Source: an uncultured Acidobacteriota bacterium
GTDB lineage: Bacteria > Acidobacteriota > Blastocatellia > RBC074
Reading direction: 5' to 3'
Assembly: GCA_963796275.1 (NCBI GenBank)
Contig: CAWCKY010000006.1
Location: 1 to 64,000, forward strand
DNA: 64,000 bases
Shown here one piece after another: positions 20,662 through 30,679 of this stretch. The notes below the pieces were generated by a model. It was not told the DNA's origin. It worked only from the letters and a program-made list of their open reading frames with translations, and ran no database searches. Positions within the stretch are counted from its first letter, which is position 1. The number at the start of each line of letters is the position of its first letter. A program made the position numbers and the translations under genes.

Positions 20662-21736
20662 ATGCAGATCGAACCCAATCGCGCCAGCTGTGCTGCCTTC
20701 GAATACGTCGAAGGTTTGAAGCGATACGTCGCCGAAAAATTCATGCCCAGGCTGCGGACTGCCTATGAGCTGGGCGAGGCGCGTTATGCCCGAACACACG
20801 ACGGCGAGAGACCGGCAACGATGGAGCAAGTCGGCGAGGTGATGCGACCGATGATGCTCTATCGATACAATCGCGCCATTCAACAAGCCAGCCAGGAGTT
20901 GATGTGGGCAGCCATATATGAGTCGCTCGAACCACGTCGCGCGGAGCTCGTCGAAGAACTTAATCGCTCGACCGAGAATGCACTCGGTAGCATCGAGTTG
21001 GACTCGGACCTGGAACTGCCGAAGTATTACACGGCGGTGGATTTCCATCTTCAGCCGCGTAGTTATCACGGCGACGATCTGGCAGGCATCGTCTATGACA
21101 TAGGCGTGCTCATTTATGTGATGCGCCGCAACGGGCCGGACAGCGGCGAGAGCGGGCGCGCGCTGGCATCGATGATTCCGCCATACCGCTATGAGAAGAT
21201 TCTCGACATGGGTTGCGGCATCGGGCAGAAGACGATCCCGGTGGCTGACGCTTTCCCCGGTTCCGAGGTCCATGCGATCGACCTGAGCGCGCCGATGATC
21301 AAATACGCGCACAAGCGTGCCGAACGGATGGGGCGCAAGATTCATTTCAGCCAACAGAGCGTTGAGCGGACGAAGTTCGACGCCGACTGGTTCGATCTGG
21401 TCTTCTCGACCATTCTGCTGCACGAACTTCCGCCCGCTGCGATCCGAAATATGATCGCCGAAATCTATCGCGTACTGAAACCGGGTGGGCTGACCGCGCA
21501 CCTTAACCTGCCGCCGTACAACCCAAATGTCGCCCTACAACGCGTTCCTCATGGATTGGGAGACGCACAACAACGGTGAGCCTTACTGGCGTGCCTTTCA
21601 CCAACTGGATCTGTCCGCGATCTTTCGTGAGGCCGGGTTCAAGAACATCCGCGAAGTTGCGGCGGAGAGTAAAAATACCGGCAGAGGCGCCTATTCGGGC
21701 AAGTCTCCATATTGGATAACGATGGCGGAGAAGTGA
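20662..21736 (+). CDS. Class I SAM-dependent methyltransferase; frameshift near 21520
   Basis: ILDMGCGIG, IDLSAPM, LLHELP and LKPGG motifs; continues in the 21527-21736 frame (NNGEPYW). Confidence 0.85.
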
Positions 21737-21766
21737 AACGCCATCCCGAGAGAGCAAAAGACAAGG

Positions 21767-22024
21767 ATGACTAAAAGACCAAATCAATTCGGCGATCCTG
21801 CAATCGACATCCTCTTCAGCATTGTGCTCTCGCTCGGCAATGAAGTCTACGCCCTACGCGATCGGATGCGCGTCATCGAAAAGATGTTCGAAGCCAAAGA
21901 CGCGATCTCGCTCGCCGACATCGAGGCCTACAAACCGACGCCGGAAGAAGAGGAAGAGATTCGCAAAGACTGCGACGCGTTCATGGCGCGACTTTTCCGT
22001 GTCTTTGAGAGTAATCCGGAATAA
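21767..22024 (+). CDS. Small conserved hypothetical protein
   Basis: 85-aa helical ORF in the operon; LGNEVYALRDRMRVIE. Confidence 0.7.
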   Translation: MTKRPNQFGDPAIDILFSIVLSLGNEVYALRDRMRVIEKMFEAKDAISLADIEAYKPTPEEEEEIRKDCDAFMARLFRVFESNPE

Positions 22025-22053
22025 CCATACTTGACAGCTCCTAAGGGTGACCA

Positions 22054-23550
22054 ATGAACGTTGCTCCTGCATCTGCCGCCGTCTCAGAGAGCGGATCTAA
22101 AGTCTTCTACGGATGGGTTGTCGTCTTCTTTGCGACCTTCGCCGTCGCCGTGGTTAACGGGGTTTTGCTTGGCGGCCTGCCTTTCTTCTATCGCTCCTTC
22201 ATCAGCGAGTTCGGCTGGAGCCGCACGACCATCGCCACGGCGGGAGCAGCGCTGCCGCTGGCACGCGGCCTGGCCGGGCCATTCACCGGACCGCTGTGGG
22301 ATCGGTACGGTCCGAAGCGGTTTATGGTGATCGGCGCGGCGATCATTGGAGTCGCCTTGATTTTCGGCTCCTTCATCAACTCACCGTCGCATCTTTACCT
22401 GATGGTTTTGATAATGGCTGTTGGGGTGACCCTTGTGGGGACGGGACCGGCCGCATTTCTGGCTTCGAGCTGGTTCACCGGAAAACGCGGCGTCGCGATG
22501 GGCATTGTGGCTATGGGGGCCAGCCTGGGCGGGATGATCTTTTCGCCGATCTCGACCTGGCTGATTGCGCGTTACGAATGGCGCTTGACGATGATCGTCT
22601 ATGCCGTCTTTGCGTTCGTCGTCTTCGCGCCGTTGATACATCTCTTCATCAAGAACCGCCCCACCGAAATCAATGACACAGCCGATCCTGACGAATCGGA
22701 TTGGTTTCTGCGACGCCAGACGCTGGTCAAAAGCATTATGGCGGCCGCCGCGATCCTGGGCGCGCTGATCTATTCGCCCATCTTATCGCTCCTGGCCGGC
22801 ATGCTCGGCAATCAGGCCGCGATCCTGATCTTCGCCGTTCTGGGAGTCATTTGTCTGAGCGCGCTGGCCTCATACTTTGCGGCAAAGCCCGGCGCGGCCA
22901 CGGCCGCCGATCCGGTGAAGCCCGACCCGACTTCGGGAGCGACGATGAGCGAAGCGATGAGTAATGGTTCCTATTGGGCGCTGCTGTTCGGTTCATCACT
23001 CTGTTATTGCGTCATGTTTGCAATCGTCCAGCAATTCGTCCTGCACCTGCAATCGCCGCAAGTCGGTTTCAGTCCGGCCGACGCCGCGTGGGCCTACAGC
23101 ACACTGTTCTTCTTCAGCCTCTCGGGCAAATCGTTCTTCGGATATTTGAGCGACCGTTTCCCGAAGCGCGCGGTCAATCTGGCCTGTTGCGTGATGATGT
23201 TCGCCGGCGCGCTGATCCTGCTCGACATCAATCAGGTGAATACGTGGTTCTTCTGCGTGTCGTTCGGGTTGGGATACGGCGGGATCACAGTGACGACGAG
23301 GCTAGTGTTAGCGGAACTATTTGGCTTGCGTTCGTTGGGCAAACTGCTCGCCATTATGATGAGCGCCGAGATGATCTTCGGCAGCGGCGGCAACCTGCTG
23401 ACCGGTCTACTGTTCGATGCCACTGGCAGTTACCGGGCGGCGTTCGAAGTGATGGCCGTTTGTTCGATTGTCTCGGTTATTTTGATGGCGATGTTGGGTC
23501 GAAAATCCCGGTCAGGTCGCTTTTATCGATTACCAAGCAACCTGTCATGA
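22054..23550 (+). CDS. MFS transporter (OFA/MCT-like) with two extra central TM helices
   Basis: FYGWVVV; G-x-x-x-DRYGPKR and GYLSDRFPKR motif-A copies. Confidence 0.9.
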   Translation: MNVAPASAAVSESGSKVFYGWVVVFFATFAVAVVNGVLLGGLPFFYRSFISEFGWSRTTIATAGAALPLARGLAGPFTGPLWDRYGPKRFMVIGAAIIGVALIFGSFINSPSHLYLMVLIMAVGVTLVGTGPAAFLASSWFTGKRGVAMGIVAMGASLGGMIFSPISTWLIARYEWRLTMIVYAVFAFVVFAPLIHLFIKNRPTEINDTADPDESDWFLRRQTLVKSIMAAAAILGALIYSPILSLLAGMLGNQAAILIFAVLGVICLSALASYFAAKPGAATAADPVKPDPTSGATMSEAMSNGSYWALLFGSSLCYCVMFAIVQQFVLHLQSPQVGFSPADAAWAYSTLFFFSLSGKSFFGYLSDRFPKRAVNLACCVMMFAGALILLDINQVNTWFFCVSFGLGYGGITVTTRLVLAELFGLRSLGKLLAIMMSAEMIFGSGGNLLTGLLFDATGSYRAAFEVMAVCSIVSVILMAMLGRKSRSGRFYRLPSNLS

Positions 23551-23632
23551 CCAACTCCTCCGGCGAATACGTGATCGGGCTGCCGCCTGTGAGGGGTACA
23601 CGTTGACACTCGAGCTTGAGAAATACAAAGAA

Positions 23633-24298
23633 ATGTCTCGCTGGATAAAACTAACCACGATGAACCCGAAAGTCCTGCTTGCCGTCCTCTTCGCCATCGC
23701 GGCGCCGTTACAATCGGCTTCGACACAACCTGCGCCTGCTTCGTCTTTACGGAATAAAGAGCGCAGCCGATATGTCGGTTTCTTCAACGAGCGCGACTTG
23801 GCATGGCGGCCATTCGAAGTCGAAGGGGTTCCACCGGGCGTCCAGATCAAGCTGCTAAGTCGCGACGCTAAATCGGGTGCGGCGTCGCTGCTCGCCCGTT
23901 TCCCCACCGGTTGGAGGAATGCGGCGGCTGGCTATCACGCGAGCGACATGGAGATGTTCGTGCTCGAAGGCGCGGTCAAGATCGGCGATCGCCGGTTCAG
24001 CGACCGCTGCTTCACTTACGTCCCTGCGGGCGTTTTATACGGCCCAATGGCCGTCGAGAAGGAGACGACCGCGCTCTGGTTCTTCGACGGCGACGCTTCG
24101 TTCACGGCGTCGGCGAGGTCGAAACCTAACTTTAGCGAGTTGGACCGTCACCGCACGGTCATCGCCACGACAGATGCGTCGCTGTGGACTAGCCGGGGCA
24201 CTCGCTGGACCAGTGCGGGATCGGCGCGGGCTGAGACGATCATAGAAATTCCCCCTGCCGCTGGTTGTAGCGGAGTAACTATTCACTACTGGGCATGA
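23633..24298 (+). pseudogene. DUF4437-like cupin, signal peptide plus N-terminal half, apparently truncated near 24140
   Basis: IKLLSRDAKSGA; GYHASDMEMFVLEG; sequence loses protein-like character afterwards. Confidence 0.6.
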
Positions 24299-24315
24299 AT
24301 TATTCAGGAGGGGAC

Positions 24316-27300
24316 ATGATGACACCCATGTATTTCCGTATCTTGACTTCTAGTCTGGTAATCGCACTGATCACATTCAGTGCCAACGCACAGACGACGA
24401 CCGGGACATTCCTCGGTTTCGTGACCGATTCATCAGGCGGCAGACTGAGCAACGCCAGAGTCACCGTCACCAATGAGGCGACCGGTTTGACAAGAAACGC
24501 GACGACCAATATCTCGGGCGAATACATGATTGCGATGCTGCCAGTGGGCCGATATACATTGACGTTCGAAGCCGCGAACTTCAAGCAGCACCAGCTCAAG
24601 GGAGTAGCCCTGGAATTGGATCAGAGGGCCAGGATTGACGTGGTGATGGAGATCGGGCCGGTCGGCGAAATAGTCACGATTGAGGAGGCTAACAGTGCGT
24701 TGTTGGTGCGCACCGAAACGGCCGAGGCCGGCGAAGTGATCGAGAACAAACGGATCGTCGAACTGCCGCTCAATGGGCGACTGTTCTTGCAGTTGGTGCA
24801 ATTGACGCCCGGAGTGGTGGAGAATACGCGCGGCGGATTCGGCCAGCAACTGGCCGGAGTCTCCGGGCCGCGCATCACGGTGATGGGGGCGCGCGAGAGC
24901 GACAACTACTTCACACTGGACGGGGTGAGTGTGACAGACCGCTTCTACAACACGCTCTCCGTGCCATTGGCCGTGGATGCGATCCAGGAGTTCAAGGTCC
25001 AATCGAACCTCTACACCGCCGAAACCGGGACCCTGGGCGGGGCGCAAATCAACATCGCGATCAAGAGCGGGACGAACGACCTGCACGGCTCGCTCTACGA
25101 ATTTCTGCGCAACGACAATTTGGACGCACGTAACTTCTTCGATGGGGCAGGGAAGCCGGAATTTCGGCAGAACCAGTTCGGGGGTACAGTAGGTGGGCCA
25201 GTGATCAAGAATAAGGCGTTCTTTTTCGGCAATTACGAGGGGTTGCGGCTGGCCAAGGCTTTGACGAGGACGCTCACTGTGCCGAGCGATCGTCTGCGGG
25301 GTGGACAGTTCACGACGCTGATACGCGATCCGGCGACCGGACTTCCCTGTAGACCGGCCACTCAAGGCGTGCCTGCCGACCTGCGCGGTTGTTTCCAGAA
25401 TAACCAGATCCCCGACGCTCGCATTTCAACGGTAGCAAAGGCGCTGCTCGGATTTGTTCCGCGGGCGAACCTGCCTGGGACGGCCAACAACTTCCTCGGT
25501 TCGCCGCAGGAGATCAACGACAACAACCAGTTCACGATCAAGACCGATTACCGGCTGGGCGAGAGCGACACGGCCTTCGTGCGCTATACGTTCTATGACG
25601 TGGACGCATATCAACCGTATGGCTTCGTGCAATTCGCAACTAGCCCGGTTTCGCTGCCAGGCTTTGGCTTGTTTATCAAGCAGCGATCGCAGCATGTGGC
25701 GATTAGCGAGACGCACATCTTCAACTCGACGCTTATCGGCGAACTCAAATTCGGATTCAACCGGACCGCCGGAGGGCAGTTGCAGGAGAACAGCGACGTG
25801 GATTTCGCCACACAATTCAATATCGCGGGAATAAGCCGCGCCCCCGTCGATCAGGGCATCCCACGCATCGTGATCTCGCCATTCAACACATTCGGCGACG
25901 CGACCACGGCCATCTCGCGCCGCGACAACGACTACCAGCTCAATTACAACCTCTCGTGGTCCCGCGGTAGCCATAACCTGAATTTCGGCGCCATGTACAA
26001 GCGACTCCAATTCAATCCCCTGATTCCTTCCAGCAAACGCGGGCAGTTCACCTTTACCGGGACCTACACGGGCAATGCGTTCGGCGATTTCCTGCTCGGA
26101 TTGCCATTCAACGCCCGCGGCGGCGCGGGCAGCTCAGCCGTCTACCTGCGCGGCAACGAATGGCACGGCTACCTGCAGGATAACTGGAAAGCGACGAAAA
26201 GACTGACGCTTAATTTAGGCTTGCGGTATGAATATGCCTCGCCATTCTCAGAAAAATACAACCGCTGGTCCACGCTCGACGTTCTGGGCCGCCGAGTGAT
26301 AGTTGCGAGCGAAGACAACCAGACATATCCTCAGGAGTTGTGGATTCCGGGCATCGCGCAGCAACTCGCGCCGCTGCCGATCGTTACTTCCGAAGTTGCC
26401 CACCTGGATCGATCGCTGGCCAATAAAGACATGAACAACTTCGCGCCGCGAATCGGCTTGGCGCTTGATCTGTTCGGCAATCAGCGGACAATTATGCGCG
26501 GCGGATACGGCATCTATTTCAATAGCGCCTCGTTCAATTCGGTGTCGTTGCAGAGCCTGGCTGCGCCGTTCTTCAAAGCGATCAACGCAAACAACTCGTT
26601 GACCGCTCCCGCGCCGATCGAGACCATTATGGGCAACCCGCTGCTGGGCACCCCCGGCTGGGCGCCGTTCGATATCGACTTCCGGACGCCCTACTTCCAG
26701 CAATGGAACCTTGGCATCCAACAGCTGCTCACAACGAACCTGCTGGTCGAGGCGCAGTATCTGGGATCGAAAGGCACGAAACTCTATACCAACATCTTCT
26801 TCAATACGCCCGATCCCTCGCCGGCACCGACGCCTTCTCCTACGGCGCGGTCGCGTTTTCCGAACCTCGGCAACAATTCGCTACAGACGTCGGCGGGCAG
26901 TTCGAACTACCACGCCCTGGTGCTGCGCGCCGAGAAGCGACTGTCGTCCGGCCTGATGGTGATGGGCAGCTACACGTTCTCGAAGAGCATCGACAACGAC
27001 TCGCTCGGCAACTCGGTCGCCTCCTCGAACCTGGACCAGAGCAACATCAAGAGCCTCGAACGCGCCCTGTCGAGCTTCGATGCGCGACACCGGATGGTGC
27101 TCAGCTTCACCTACGACCTGCCGTTCAGGTCCAAGAACAAGGCGATCTTGGCCGTGCTCGGGAATTGGCAGGCGGGAGGCATCGTCACTCAGCAGTCGGG
27201 GCAACCCTTCACGGTCAACATCAACACTGATCGAGCCAACAACGGTCTGCTCAATCAGACCCAATCTGGTCGGCGATCCGAGCCTGCCCGACGACCGGCG

Positions 27301-27625
27301 CACGGTCGAGCGATGGTTCAACACCGCCGCTTTCGTCATGCAACCGGTGGGCACGCTCGGGACAGCGGGTCGCAACATCCTGGAAGGCCCTGGGACGAAC
27401 ATCGTGGACTTTTCGTTACTCAAGAACATTCCGCTCAACGAGCGCCACAGGTTGCAATTCCGGGCGGAGGTCTTCAATCTCTTCAACCATCCGAACTTCG
27501 ACATTCCCACGCGGTTCTGCGACGGCACAACAGCTGGCGCATCTTGCACGGCGTTGGGATTCGGAAGCATCACGGCAGCACGCGATCCGCGCATCTTGCA
27601 GGTGGGGTTGAAGTATCTGTTTTAA
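24316..27625 (+). CDS. TonB-dependent receptor (Oar-like, carboxypeptidase-regulatory N-domain); frameshift near 27260
   Basis: LPLNGR, IQEFKV, KSGTNDLHGSLYEFLRN, NFAPRIG; C-terminal PRILQVGLKYLF. Confidence 0.93.
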
Positions 27626-27636
27626 TCATTTCTTTT

Positions 27637-27670
27637 CAACCGCCGGGAGCGCTCGCTCTCCCGGCGGTTG
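27637..27670. terminator. GC-rich hairpin after the TBDR
   Basis: CAACCGCCGGGAG / CTCCCGGCGGTTG 13-bp stem, 8-nt loop. Confidence 0.6.
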
Positions 27671-28098
27671 TCATACAAATCTAAGTGATGCTCAGGTGAA
27701 CTTATGCAGATCGAACCAATGGCGCATGCCTTATACTTCCTGATATATCCTTCCGGCCTATCGCTGGTGCATTCTGGCGCGGCTGAACAAGATATAAGGA
27801 TAATGATTCCGATTGCCCACTTAAAATCGAAAGGCGGGAAGGGCGGTTTGTCTGAGGAAGGTATGGTCACATTAAGGGCACGTCAATAACTCGTCGTATT
27901 TAAATAGACTGCGGAACAGCCACTCCCCCGAGCTGTGGCGCTTTCCGCAGTCTATCAATGCGGAAAATCCCTCCGAACCCACTTCAATCGGGTTTCCGCA
28001 ATCTGTTAGTAACCGAACTTCGCTTTTAACTACCTTTACGTATAAGAGTGTCGTGCGGATTGGATTGCGACTGACGGGCGGCGGCAAAAGTCAAACCG

Positions 28099-28260
28099 GT
28101 GACGAATCGGCAGATCATCGGTAATCGCATCAGTCGCGTTTATCACCGGCCGGATTGTCCGGCTTATAAAAACATTGGGGAACGGAACCGGGTGTTTTTC
28201 AAGACCGCGGCGGAGTCCGAGAGAGCGGGGTATCGACTCGCTGGCAATTGTCCGCGATCG
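28099..28260 (+). pseudogene. Ada-like metal-binding domain fragment
   Basis: IIGNRISRVYHRPDCP..FKTAAESERAGYRLAGNCP. Confidence 0.65.
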
Positions 28261-28304
28261 CCTGGGAGCGGATCAGCCCGGTTTAGCTATACATCCATTG
28301 GAGC

Positions 28305-28721
28305 ATGGTTGAGATGGATCCTAATTTAATAACCGATCAAAGATTAGCGTCGATCATACAAGAACTGATCGCTCGCGAACCCATCTTCCACCGCCCCGAA
28401 CTGGGAACGTCGAGGGAACATTTCGAGAACATGACAGAACCTGAGTTTTGGGAAGTTGGGGCATCTGGTCGTCGATACAGTCGCGCGTATGTTTTGGATG
28501 GTCTCGAAAAACGCTATTCCGTCGCCCATGAAGACAATTGGGATACTCGGGATTTCCATTGCCTTGAAATTGCGCCGCACAACTATTTACTTACTTATAC
28601 ATTGCTTCAGGGAGAACGCGTCACGCGCCGCTCAACTATCTGGCGGCAACATGACGATCAGTGGCGGATCGTGTATCACCAAGGAACAATCGTTGAGGAT
28701 GCAGAGCAACTGCCAGCGTAA
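28305..28721 (+). CDS. DUF4440/NTF2-like protein
   Basis: REPIFH..FWEVGASGRRY..TRRSTIW..YHQGT. Confidence 0.85.
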   Translation: MVEMDPNLITDQRLASIIQELIAREPIFHRPELGTSREHFENMTEPEFWEVGASGRRYSRAYVLDGLEKRYSVAHEDNWDTRDFHCLEIAPHNYLLTYTLLQGERVTRRSTIWRQHDDQWRIVYHQGTIVEDAEQLPA

Positions 28722-29032
28722 AACGGCTTCTGGGATGGTGGCGTCAGCTCTGTCGCGCCGAAAGCAAACAGCTATACAGCCAACAGAAAAATTAAATTCT
28801 GAAAGAATGCTATTTAGTCATCACTATATATACGGGAGGTGGTGCTCTCGACCCGGCAGCGTCGTTAAGGGGTGAGAAAGAATCCTAAGATATGGGCTGC
28901 AACAGCGTCAAATGCGGCCTTTCCTATACTACCTACATTTCTTTTATTCCAACATGCGCACCTGTCCAGCTATTCGCCAAACTCTTATTGCCGATAACCG
29001 ATTTTCGTTCCCATTTAGGAGAATATTGCCTA

Positions 29033-29776
29033 ATGCATAATCAAACTAGCGATAACCGGGAAAACCGCTTCAGCGTTGCCGCAAATGTGGCACAAATCCT
29101 TCAGCTTCTGTTTCAGATAGCCGGATATGTGTTGCCCCTTCTGACCGCAGGATTGCTTTCATTGCAGCCAGCTCCCGTTCAGGTGCCGGTTATCAATATT
29201 TCTCTTGGGTGGTGGTATCAGACATTGTTGTTGATTTGCGCTCTCCTTTCATATGTACAGTTCCTACGCAATTACTGGGTCAAGCACAAAGCATATCCGG
29301 GAGTATCAAAAGACTATCGAGGGTTTCTTGTGAGGGATCTGATCATTAAATACCCGCTATTGCTCGCACCATTAGTACTGATCTATGGGCCGCTTGTTTA
29401 TATTCTTCCTATGCAAGAGAGCTTCCTCTTTATTGTGGCCTCTATTCTGAGTGTCATAATGTGCGTTGTGATAGTTGGTTACTATAATGTAGATCCAATC
29501 AGCAGATTGAATCGCCGCTGGGAAGAGGATCCCAAGCTCGAACGGAGGTGGTTTGCACGTATAGAACCAAAACTGCGTAAGCAAAGCACTGTGACCACAT
29601 TAGATTTTGAAGATTGCGGCAATCCTGACCATGAGGAGATAATTTTTGCGCTCAAGAGATATTTTATTAAATACGAATTCGAGCAGGACTTGGTCTTCAT
29701 CCCGCCGAGAGAGAGCGACATCCTAGGTTATATGAAGCCGGCAGTGCTTTCCAGAAGACAGAACGTGAGATTATAG
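29033..29776 (+). CDS. Hypothetical membrane protein, AT-richer than its neighbours
   Basis: About 4 hydrophobic helices plus a soluble C-domain; AGGAGA upstream. Confidence 0.6.
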   Translation: MHNQTSDNRENRFSVAANVAQILQLLFQIAGYVLPLLTAGLLSLQPAPVQVPVINISLGWWYQTLLLICALLSYVQFLRNYWVKHKAYPGVSKDYRGFLVRDLIIKYPLLLAPLVLIYGPLVYILPMQESFLFIVASILSVIMCVVIVGYYNVDPISRLNRRWEEDPKLERRWFARIEPKLRKQSTVTTLDFEDCGNPDHEEIIFALKRYFIKYEFEQDLVFIPPRESDILGYMKPAVLSRRQNVRL

Positions 29777-30043
29777 TCTCAAATCCTGATCCGCTCGTTT
29801 CCCCGCTCCTGCACGTATGCTCTAAAAATTTACCGATATAACTCGGCCCATTCTGGCGTGAGAATCGCTTGTAGTTCGGCCTCCTTTTATCCGACATCCG
29901 ACAGTGCTCCGCTTTATGCGCGGAGTGCTGTTGTATACCGGCACGGAAGCCGTTCCATTTACCAGAGATCATTTGGGTGTGGATGTTCAAAGCGGATCCA
30001 CGGCTTGTGCTCTTGAGAAGCTTCGGGGAGGATCAATTGAAAA

Positions 30044-30679
30044 TCAATCTGTCATTGAAACGAGACCTTGGCGTATAGCGATTGTGGCAGCTTCGGTGCG
30101 ATCCGATACATCTAATTTTTCAATGATGCTGTTCACGTGATTTCGGGCAGTGTTGTCGCTGATTCCCAAGACTCGCCCGATCTCCTTATTGGTAAGGCCT
30201 TTTGCCACTAACTGCAACACTTGATGCTCTCGTGGAGTTAGGTTCGATCTCGCCATCCGTTCGATAAGTCGCGCCGCAATATCCGCCGGGAAATAGCGCA
30301 TTTTCGCATATACGAGATGGATAGCCTCCAGCAAACGGTCCTGAGGGGTGTCCTTTAAAATGTAGCCCTGCGCGCCAGCCCCTACAGACTGGTAAATATC
30401 CTCTTCGGCATCGAAGCTAGTCAGGACAAGTATCCGTGGCGGATCCGGTCGCAGATTGATGGCGCGTATCGCGTCCAGCCCGCTCATACCCGACATACGC
30501 AGATCCATCAGAATTACATCGGCCCTGTGTGTCTCAAGCAGCGCAAGAGCCTCTAGACCGTTGGAGGCGCTCGCCACCACATCCATGCCCGGTTGGGTGC
30601 TCAGCATGCTTTCCAGCCCCGCGCGTACGACGGGGTGGTCGTCGATGATCATGATCCGAATGTTTGCGGTGTCCGTCAT
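30044..30679 (-). CDS. NarL/LuxR-family response regulator
   Basis: IIDDHPVVR, DVILMDLRM; HTH LTPREHQVLQLVAKGLTNKEI. Confidence 0.93.
   Translation of the reverse strand: MTDTANIRIMIIDDHPVVRAGLESMLSTQPGMDVVASASNGLEALALLETHRADVILMDLRMSGMSGLDAIRAINLRPDPPRILVLTSFDAEEDIYQSVGAGAQGYILKDTPQDRLLEAIHLVYAKMRYFPADIAARLIERMARSNLTPREHQVLQLVAKGLTNKEIGRVLGISDNTARNHVNSIIEKLDVSDRTEAATIAIRQGLVSMTD

Noticed and set aside
18478-21501. Long antisense ORFs (442 aa at 18478-19806 and 353 aa at 20440-21501)
   Set aside because: Shadows of well-supported plus-strand genes in GC-rich DNA; no recognisable motifs
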